DNA of 64,000 nucleotides, from IMG/VR virus record IMGVR_UViG_3300027708_000012, positions 186,001-250,000 of that record; one strand, written 5' to 3'. The position numbers were made by a program, and so were the translations under genes. Position 1 is the first letter of the stretch. Each line of letters opens with the position of its first letter. The notes beneath the pieces were generated by a model. That model saw only the letters and a list, made by a program, of their open reading frames with translations, did not search any database and was not told the DNA's origin. This document shows positions 56,963 to 64,000 of the stretch, in pieces.

Positions 56963-57907
56963 TTATTTTGATTGAATCTTAGCTACTAAGCCAGCAGTAA
57001 AATAGTTCTCAAATTTCTCGTAAACTACTTTAGTTGCTTCTGCAAAGCGAACTTGCTCTTCTGTGCTCATACGAACAACTTCAATACCGTCAGCTTCTGC
57101 ACGAGCTTGTACAAGTGCGATGTCGTCGATACTTAGGCTACGCTCATAACGTGCGGCTTCTTTAGCGGCTTCGCTAACAACTGCCTGTAGTTCTGAACTT
57201 AGTGTGTTCCAGAAGTCAGTACCAATCAAAATGCTTGTTAAGAACAAGCTGTGTTCTGTGTGGTTGATAACTTTAGATACTTTGTCGTGTCCTAGTGCAT
57301 AAACACGAGGATATGTGCTTTCGCCAACTGTTACATTAGCTGAAGCCAAGTTCTCTGATAGTTCTTCCAATTCCATTGGAACTACATCAGCACCAAGGGT
57401 TTTGAATGTTTCGATAGCAACTGGGCTGAAACTTGTGCGCAACTTCATACCACGTAGGTCTTCAATCTTAGCTACTGCTTCATTACCAGGAATGATACGG
57501 AAACCGCCTGAGTATGTGAAAGCTAAACCTTTAACTTTCTTAGACTCTTGCAAGCTATCTAACAAACTAGCGCCGACTTCACCTTCGAATACGCGACTTG
57601 CGTGATCGTGGTCTTTAAACAAGAACGGTAGATCCAAAGCATAAAAGTCTTTGTTGATCTTACCTAGTGTAATTGTGTAAGTTTGACTCATTTCGATTGC
57701 GCCAGAATCTAGCAAATCTACTAAGCTGTGCTTGTCAACTACAACACCGTTATTGTACTTTTCAGCGTATTCGCTCATAGTCATAACTTCGATTTCAAGT
57801 TGTTCAGGTGCTCGTGCATTTACTTCTTGAGCAAATACTTTGGCGGCGCGAATAAACAACTCAATTGGCTCGTGTGCGAGTACCCATTTTATGTGTTTTT
57901 TGTTCAT
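56963..57907 (-). CDS. dctP: TRAP-type solute-binding protein (DctP family) without signal peptide
   Basis: ALDLPFLF, KIEDLRGMKLRT, FKTLGADVVPM, HTEHSL; N-terminus MNKKHIKWVLAHEP has no hydrophobic core. Confidence 0.85.
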   Translation of the reverse strand: MNKKHIKWVLAHEPIELFIRAAKVFAQEVNARAPEQLEIEVMTMSEYAEKYNNGVVVDKHSLVDLLDSGAIEMSQTYTITLGKINKDFYALDLPFLFKDHDHASRVFEGEVGASLLDSLQESKKVKGLAFTYSGGFRIIPGNEAVAKIEDLRGMKLRTSFSPVAIETFKTLGADVVPMELEELSENLASANVTVGESTYPRVYALGHDKVSKVINHTEHSLFLTSILIGTDFWNTLSSELQAVVSEAAKEAARYERSLSIDDIALVQARAEADGIEVVRMSTEEQVRFAEATKVVYEKFENYFTAGLVAKIQSK

Positions 57908-57933
57908 TTCAAATCTCCAATGGACTAATATAC

Positions 57934-58194
57934 TTATTTAGTTGTTTTGGATTTTTCTGAGTTATCTGCTACTTTTTTACCCCAATCCGCTACGTTCCAA
58001 GCACGTTCGTGAAAGAAATAAAGTATGCTGTTAACTACTAAGGCAAAGCTAACAACTCCTAGCCCTACCATCCAGCTACCGCTTGCTAACCATCCACCAA
58101 CAAAGTTTGTAATAGTTACTAGAATACGCCAAGTAATAACCTTAGCCAGTGAGCGCGGAATACGCTCTTGAAATTTAGTTTTTAAGTTTAACAT
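57934..58194 (-). CDS. DUF2061-like small membrane protein
   Basis: RSLAKVITWR ... LYFFHERAWN. Confidence 0.8.
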   Translation of the reverse strand: MLNLKTKFQERIPRSLAKVITWRILVTITNFVGGWLASGSWMVGLGVVSFALVVNSILYFFHERAWNVADWGKKVADNSEKSKTTK

Positions 58195-58202
58195 ATTTTT
58201 TT

Positions 58203-59450
58203 TTAATGTGGCCAGTCTATTTTATAGTTAACTATGTGATGTTTAAAGTATTCGTATACACCTGGATCGTCAACGCTTATCTTTTTATAGTCATTGATCA
58301 TACCTAAATTTGTAAGACCTTCTGGGGTTTTCTTACCGTTAATTGTTAAATTCCCTAAAGATTCAAGTTTAGTTTTGAAATAAAAATACCAATTGTTCTT
58401 ATCATAGTTACATATGTAATTCCTAGCTGTGTACTTATATGTTGCAATGGTATTGTGTATTTTTTCTCCGTTGTTATTATTGACCATACTCCATAACTGA
58501 TAATCGATTCCGTTAAACCAATTAATAGTAGAATCTATGCATTGTCGTACAGACACCACTGTATTAAAATATAATGCACCCCTCACCGAACAATTTAAAT
58601 ATTTTACATTAAAAATCAACCACCAAAAGAAATCGTGCAAGCTATGCACAGGAACCGATGATGTGTTTATATTATGCACATATTTTTGATATAATAATCT
58701 ACCGTGCTCCAGACCTTCGGGCGTTGTATTGTATGCAAAATGCCTAATAAGAAGATCTTTATAAGCACTGTAATGCACATCACCGGACGATATTTTATAT
58801 TTTAAAGGCCGTAAGTTTGCTTGTACTTCAGGACTAAGATGTCTAGTATATTCGTCATAGTTATTGTACATCTCTAATCCGATACTAGTTCCCATAATAC
58901 AATCGCCTTCGTCTGAAGTAATTGGCATGTAGCCCATGTTGATTATATCGTCGTACCAATAGTTCAATGAATCGAGTATTTTAAATTTACCGTGGATATA
59001 ATTTTCCCATATGTACGGGTTTTCAATTACGGCGTGCATACTCGAAGAAATAATCACCGATTTTAATTCTTCTTGATTTAAATTTTTAAGAAGAGAAACA
59101 AGAACAAGTGTGCTATCTATGCCGCCTGAATATAATAATGCAAATTTTTTCCCTTGTTGAATTAAGGCTTTAATTTCCAAAGCGCGACTATCTGTTACTT
59201 CCTCAAACGATTTATTAAAATTTGGATCGTAAGCAGGCATTGCAAAATCTGGAATGATTTCTTGCTTCCACGGAAGGCTCCACTCCCCTTCGTTGCGTGT
59301 AACAAATCGACTTAATGAAAATCTTTTTGCAATATCTAAATAAAATTTACCGCCGGGCCCAGATTCTTCTCTGATGCTGTTCCAAAAATCCCAAGGTGCA
59401 TATCTGTCACCTCGAATATTATGGAAATAAAGTGTGTCGTCTAAGTTCAT
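58203..59450 (-). CDS. PP-loop (asparagine-synthetase-like) ATP pyrophosphatase 1
   Basis: ALLYSGGIDSTLVL; ITSDEGDCIMG; no N-terminal Cys glutaminase domain. Confidence 0.7.
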   Translation of the reverse strand: MNLDDTLYFHNIRGDRYAPWDFWNSIREESGPGGKFYLDIAKRFSLSRFVTRNEGEWSLPWKQEIIPDFAMPAYDPNFNKSFEEVTDSRALEIKALIQQGKKFALLYSGGIDSTLVLVSLLKNLNQEELKSVIISSSMHAVIENPYIWENYIHGKFKILDSLNYWYDDIINMGYMPITSDEGDCIMGTSIGLEMYNNYDEYTRHLSPEVQANLRPLKYKISSGDVHYSAYKDLLIRHFAYNTTPEGLEHGRLLYQKYVHNINTSSVPVHSLHDFFWWLIFNVKYLNCSVRGALYFNTVVSVRQCIDSTINWFNGIDYQLWSMVNNNNGEKIHNTIATYKYTARNYICNYDKNNWYFYFKTKLESLGNLTINGKKTPEGLTNLGMINDYKKISVDDPGVYEYFKHHIVNYKIDWPH

Positions 59451-60202
59451 CGTTTTTTAATTAAAGGTATTAATATTTTTGCGGAGCTGTCAAACTCCCA
59501 CCATTTTTCTCCAAAGTCTGCATTTCCAGCATTGTGATGATGATTGTTATGCCAACCTTGCCCCCATACAAATAGACCAGTAAACCAATTATTAACTGAA
59601 TTGTCATCTGTGTTATGATTTCGGTATCCCGCTGATGGAATATGGCCTACTACATTGACTAAATTATCTTGATGATGACTTAACAAAATTGCTGGAATTA
59701 AAACCCCTAGAGTAAATTGCCAAGAAACAATTGCAGAAATTAAAATGGTACTCCAAAATATTTTATTATGATTTTCATGTAGGTAAACAAGATAGGGGTC
59801 TTTCATAATATCTCTTGCTGACATTAAATTTACCTTTGCCGGATTAATTTTACGTTGCCATGTTATAAATGCACTTAGTTTTCCGTGTATGGGACTGTGC
59901 ATATCTTGCTCTTTGTCTGCATACCTATGATGTATTCCTCGATGTAAAGCTACCCAGAACGGTAAACTTCCATCGGCACTCATCATACCTAAGTAAGCTA
60001 ACACTTTAGCAATAATAGGATATGTCTCAAAACTTTTATGAGCAAAGTATCTATGGTATCCAACAGCAACACCAAACCCGCCAATTAATGTCCACATGAA
60101 TAAAATGCCAATCAGATTCCACCAAGTATAGTTTATAAAAAACAACGAGGCTAGAAAAATAACGTGTAAGGGATAACTTACTTTATATAAATGTTTATTC
60201 AT
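59447..60202 (-). CDS. Membrane fatty-acid desaturase (delta-9-like)
   Basis: His boxes HRYFAH, HRGIHH, HNNHH; DNSVN, GQGWHNNHH. Confidence 0.92.
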   Translation of the reverse strand: MNKHLYKVSYPLHVIFLASLFFINYTWWNLIGILFMWTLIGGFGVAVGYHRYFAHKSFETYPIIAKVLAYLGMMSADGSLPFWVALHRGIHHRYADKEQDMHSPIHGKLSAFITWQRKINPAKVNLMSARDIMKDPYLVYLHENHNKIFWSTILISAIVSWQFTLGVLIPAILLSHHQDNLVNVVGHIPSAGYRNHNTDDNSVNNWFTGLFVWGQGWHNNHHHNAGNADFGEKWWEFDSSAKILIPLIKKR

Positions 60203-60728
60203 TTCGATAACACCATCTAACTACTTGATCAACCGGACTAATAGTATTTCCGACAAAACTGTTTATGAATGGATACGTTGTTTTTTTATTTTTTGGAATT
60301 TCATACATTGTAAAAACACTGTATCGTTGTAATTCAATAGAGTGTTGCCTAGTGTTAGCCGATTTAGTAAAACTAGAAGGTTGGACATATACAAAGTTGA
60401 AGAGTTCTTCTGATTCCCAATATTTAATAGCAGCATTATATAATTCTGCAATACCATTAGTAGCTGCATTGAACATTGGATTACCATGCTTGCAAACTAC
60501 CAGTATCATGTACCATGCTGGTACAGTGTGTAATTTTTTAGTTGCCATGAATGAAATTAGTTTTTTATTTTCAAAACAACCAAAAATTACAACATTAGGT
60601 CCTATGATACGGGTAACTTCTTCAATTGATAAACGAGTCCGTAATACTCTCCTGGCAAATTTTTTATGTTCTGCACATAGATGATATATTTCGGAATAAT
60701 CATCCGGTTCGCAAATTCTTATGTGCAT
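60195..60728 (-). CDS. Hypothetical protein, possible GNAT fold
   Basis: MHIRICEPDDY start and FGCFENKKLISF strand-turn pattern. Confidence 0.5.
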   Translation of the reverse strand: MHIRICEPDDYSEIYHLCAEHKKFARRVLRTRLSIEEVTRIIGPNVVIFGCFENKKLISFMATKKLHTVPAWYMILVVCKHGNPMFNAATNGIAELYNAAIKYWESEELFNFVYVQPSSFTKSANTRQHSIELQRYSVFTMYEIPKNKKTTYPFINSFVGNTISPVDQVVRWCYRNE

Positions 60729-61291
60729 TGGTCTATCCTTTTATTTAATTCGTCCCAGCTTATGCTAGGAATGAATGTTGCAGAAATAGTTAATCGAGGT
60801 TGTGTATTTTTTGAAACATCAAGTACGTGCGGGAATTCTGTACGAATAAAAGCAGACGACATTGATAATATTTCTTGATGTAAAGGCTCGGTTGTTACAG
60901 GATATACAAATGCTCCAGAATGATCGGAAAAATCTTGATTGTCAATATCTGGTCTTTCGTACCAGGAAATAATTCCAGGTTCTCCTCCAACATAAAATGC
61001 TAGTCTCCAAATTAACGGGCCGTCAATTGTATTACCGTCAATATGATTACTAGTTACAGTTCCGGGCCTTGCAGTAAATGCATTTACTTTAGCAACTTTC
61101 AACCCCAATTTGTCTGCCAATGTAGTTAAGTCTTTTCCAAATTTACTTCTAAGTATTTTTCTTAAATTTAAATAACCGTGGTACTCTAGTTGTTTTGTAA
61201 TATCGTGTTCATGCAACATCGAAATTACCATTTCGATATCTTCTTTCGAAGGTTTAAAATTATCAAATGTCCTTACAAATTTATCTCTCAT
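60719..61291 (-). CDS. Hypothetical cupin / 2OG-Fe(II)-like protein
   Basis: SNHIDG (HxD) ... FPHVL ... RLTISA. Confidence 0.55.
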   Translation of the reverse strand: MRDKFVRTFDNFKPSKEDIEMVISMLHEHDITKQLEYHGYLNLRKILRSKFGKDLTTLADKLGLKVAKVNAFTARPGTVTSNHIDGNTIDGPLIWRLAFYVGGEPGIISWYERPDIDNQDFSDHSGAFVYPVTTEPLHQEILSMSSAFIRTEFPHVLDVSKNTQPRLTISATFIPSISWDELNKRIDQCT

Positions 61292-61298
61292 ATTAATT

Positions 61299-62009
61299 TT
61301 ATAAAATAGTCCCGCGTTTAAAACTATGAGTTTCGCCCATTAATTCGTAGTAATAATCTGCGACCCACCATGTTGTTTCATATTGCTGTTCCCACATTTT
61401 ATTAATTTTAAATTTAGCTTCTTTTAAAGTTTGACTAAAATATAGAATTTTTTTAATTTCTTGTATAATTCCGTTAGGATAAAATGAACGATCTGTATAA
61501 GAGCTAAGACCGTCCACCCATTCTTTAGGAAAAAATTCCTGAGAAATTGTGTAAGTATCGTAAAAATTTACGGTAATACTACATAATTTCCCGGCATACA
61601 TTGCTTTATGCACATAGTCGGCATACTCTTTAAGTGATGACAGCATACTGTTACTACTTTGTGCTTTAAAATCTTCCGGAGTTCCTTGGTAACTAATTTG
61701 AAGAGGATTGTCTATAATTTTTAATATAGGAGTTTGCCCATGTATTAAATCAGAAATTGTTCCTCTCTTTTGACGAGTCTTGTCAAATATCATAAACTCT
61801 AGGCAATTCGTATTATCCATTTTTCCGATATTATTAGGTAATACATATACCACCGATGCTATTTTTGATGATAACACTTTAGCAGTTTCGAGTGTTACCC
61901 AAAAGTCTTCATTATCGACAATTAACCAACGATCGAAGGAATGACAATAAATTCCGTTCTTTCTTCGATTGGAATCTTTGTCGTAGTAGTATTGCAAAGA
62001 CTGACTCAT
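61299..62009 (-). CDS. Hypothetical protein
   Basis: Likely start MSQSLQYYY. Confidence 0.7.
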   Translation of the reverse strand: MSQSLQYYYDKDSNRRKNGIYCHSFDRWLIVDNEDFWVTLETAKVLSSKIASVVYVLPNNIGKMDNTNCLEFMIFDKTRQKRGTISDLIHGQTPILKIIDNPLQISYQGTPEDFKAQSSNSMLSSLKEYADYVHKAMYAGKLCSITVNFYDTYTISQEFFPKEWVDGLSSYTDRSFYPNGIIQEIKKILYFSQTLKEAKFKINKMWEQQYETTWWVADYYYELMGETHSFKRGTIL

Positions 62010-62096
62010 TTTTAGTATCCTGTGTTGGTGGCAAATATTTAGCACCATACGGTTGCGGCTGATAAATATTGTATATTATTAATAAGGATATTAAAT

Positions 62097-62420
62097 ATGA
62101 CCTATACTACTACGAGTACTTGTCTTAGACCCAGTTCTCAAGAGAAATTCTGGACTTTTGAATTACAAGACTCTATAGATAATATTCCGTACGAGTCCGG
62201 AGCCGATGCTTATATAAAAGCAAAATATATCGATACTAACAAACTTCTTTCTCTGGGTTTTAGTGGAGCAGCTTACCCTCATGGATTAGAAAAAATAGTT
62301 ACTAGAGAATGGGCGTCTGAAAATGATGCGATGGAGTTTTTTTCTGACGAGTTTTTAACGCCTTATTTTGTCAAAAGAGATTTTTATAATGAAACGCACG
62401 GACACGTTGTACGTGTATAA
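62097..62420 (+). CDS. Small hypothetical protein
   Basis: 107 aa; TAAATA at 62063-62068 and AAGGA RBS. Confidence 0.7.
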   Translation: MTYTTTSTCLRPSSQEKFWTFELQDSIDNIPYESGADAYIKAKYIDTNKLLSLGFSGAAYPHGLEKIVTREWASENDAMEFFSDEFLTPYFVKRDFYNETHGHVVRV

Positions 62421-62431
62421 TATTTAAAATT

Positions 62432-63295
62432 ATGTTTAAAAATATACCTAAAGTATTTGCACATGTATCGTCTGTAAAAGATAGCAATTTTGTATTACCT
62501 GAATATATTTTAAACTATAGTAATGATACGGCAAATTTGTTTCACAAATATTGTCCGCACAGGATGTATCCGTTAGGTTTGACAGGGGAGCATGTTAACA
62601 ACATAACTTGCAAATTTCATAATTTTAAATGGAATAAAGACGGAACGCCTATTAATAATCCAAAAAAATTGCATTGTGGCAGTGCAGAAATAGGTCGCTC
62701 CGGATTAGTATTTAAAAATTTTAAAGAACCAAATCATCAATGGGTGGATGATTTAGCCGACGAAAAAAACTTAGTATACAGTCATTCTTGTCGCGGCGAA
62801 AGCAAAGGTAGTTGGTTATGGTTAATGGATGCCGAAGCAGATTACCTGCATATATATGGTGGGCAAGTACACCCTCGACTATCTTCTATCATTGATCTAG
62901 AAGAATCAATAATGGATCAAGGAGAAGGATGGATTTATCAAGAGCACACTCCGGGCTGGTGGTCAGTATATATCTATCCGTATACTTTTATAGAACATAC
63001 AGATGGGTGTTTATCTGTAAACTATGTGGTACCGTCTAATTCAATTGATGAGTATGGGTTTGAGTGGATCACACAATTTTATTACGACCCGACAGTATCG
63101 ACTGATCTTAGAGAAGAATTTGAAACTCTAGAAACTGTATTCAGAGAAGATGTAGCTGTTGCTGAATTGCAGAAAGGAAATTATTTTCCTTTAATGAAAG
63201 CTATGAATCGCTACGAAGATCACTGTGTTCATTTTGGTCAGTGGTTTCGGAACCACCGATTGCCGCCATCAATCGAGATTCAGAAAGTAGAATAG
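62432..63295 (+). CDS. Rieske 2Fe-2S oxygenase-like protein
   Basis: CPHR ... CKFH Rieske motif; EADYLHIYGGQVH; FREDVAVAE. Confidence 0.85.
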   Translation: MFKNIPKVFAHVSSVKDSNFVLPEYILNYSNDTANLFHKYCPHRMYPLGLTGEHVNNITCKFHNFKWNKDGTPINNPKKLHCGSAEIGRSGLVFKNFKEPNHQWVDDLADEKNLVYSHSCRGESKGSWLWLMDAEADYLHIYGGQVHPRLSSIIDLEESIMDQGEGWIYQEHTPGWWSVYIYPYTFIEHTDGCLSVNYVVPSNSIDEYGFEWITQFYYDPTVSTDLREEFETLETVFREDVAVAELQKGNYFPLMKAMNRYEDHCVHFGQWFRNHRLPPSIEIQKVE

Positions 63296-64000
63296 TTTCT
63301 GTTCTAACTCTAGTAAGAATATTTTTCATACCAAATTCAAGCATGAATCGTGGTTTTGATAATGCACCCGGTTCAAGGTCTCCTTCAAATCCTACCATTT
63401 TTTGTCTTGTTTGAATAGAAGGCCACCATTCTTGATGTATCCGTGCCTTACTGCTGCTTATTGATAATTTTCCAGGAATCAAATCGTTTATTAAATTTTG
63501 AACTATTGGCAAACGTGTATGCGCTACAGTTAGCTCAGGTGAATATTCAAACCAATCTGGAATGGCCGGCCTTCCTATAGTTTTGTGGTAAACAGACCAG
63601 TGCCGTGGACCTTCTGCAAATTCAAAAACCCAAGGACGTTTATTTGTCATATCTCTACTAGTTCTACGCCAATACGGCTCCCCGCTACCCATAATTGGTA
63701 ACCCATCACAATATTCTGTCATTTTCATATGCGGTAACCAGCCAGTGCTATTACTATAGCATTTGGTCCAAATATCATATGCTTCTTGTTCAAAAAATTT
63801 CTGTAAATTAAAGTCAATAACTTTTGGAGTTATATTTAACTCCTCGCATATTTTAAATGCATATGCAAGCTCTTTCCAATTGTAGTCATTTTCATATTTA
63901 AAAATATAAACATTGATTGGTATTTTTAAATCATGGTGTATACGCAATATAATTTCACTATCGACTCCGCCGGAAAATAAAAGATCTAATTCACCGGTGA
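63201..64000 (-). CDS. PP-loop ATP pyrophosphatase 2 (partial, runs off the right edge)
   Basis: Frame stays open upstream of the track start: TGELDLLFSGGVDSEIILR; IMGSGEPY. Confidence 0.7.
   Translation of the reverse strand, partial: TGELDLLFSGGVDSEIILRIHHDLKIPINVYIFKYENDYNWKELAYAFKICEELNITPKVIDFNLQKFFEQEAYDIWTKCYSNSTGWLPHMKMTEYCDGLPIMGSGEPYWRRTSRDMTNKRPWVFEFAEGPRHWSVYHKTIGRPAIPDWFEYSPELTVAHTRLPIVQNLINDLIPGKLSISSSKARIHQEWWPSIQTRQKMVGFEGDLEPGALSKPRFMLEFGMKNILTRVRTETILLSESRLMAAIGGSETTDQNEHSDLRSDS

Overview
This window is a 64 kb piece of an AT-rich, gene-dense, very large (jumbo-type) tailed dsDNA phage genome, most likely a myovirus of Gram-negative bacteria (inference from GH19 endolysin plus spanin-like gene, a lipoprotein and a proteobacterial-style ErpA). 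Most genes are on the minus strand. From left to right: lysis genes, PhoH, a kinase-nucleotidyltransferase fusion, dCMP deaminase, clamp loader, GroES and a stand-alone fragment of DNA polymerase III alpha (1-7.3 kb). Next is a baseplate/tail-fibre module with a 4009-aa fibre (7.3-27.5 kb), then ErpA, SOD, UvsE and QueD (27.5-31 kb). A first tailoring-enzyme cluster follows: acyl-CoA ligase, SDR, BKACE, two radical SAM enzymes, and glycosyl-, methyl- and sulfotransferase-like genes (33.8-41 kb). Then come MazG-like, DNA ligase, ClpP, exported proteins, many small hypothetical genes and IF-1 (41-56.3 kb), and an atypical 111-nt tRNA-like RNA. The window ends in a second cluster: SAM decarboxylase-like, signal-less DctP, DUF2061-like, two PP-loop ATPases, desaturase, GNAT-like and Rieske oxygenase (56.5-64 kb). 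Two promoter classes are visible: sigma70-type TTGACN-17-TANAAT and a late-type TAAATA motif. The best leads are the tRNA-like RNA, a pseudoknot-like queD leader, the two enzyme clusters, a circularly permuted radical SAM pair, and late-promoter hairpins. All family calls come from motif recognition by eye; no searches were run.
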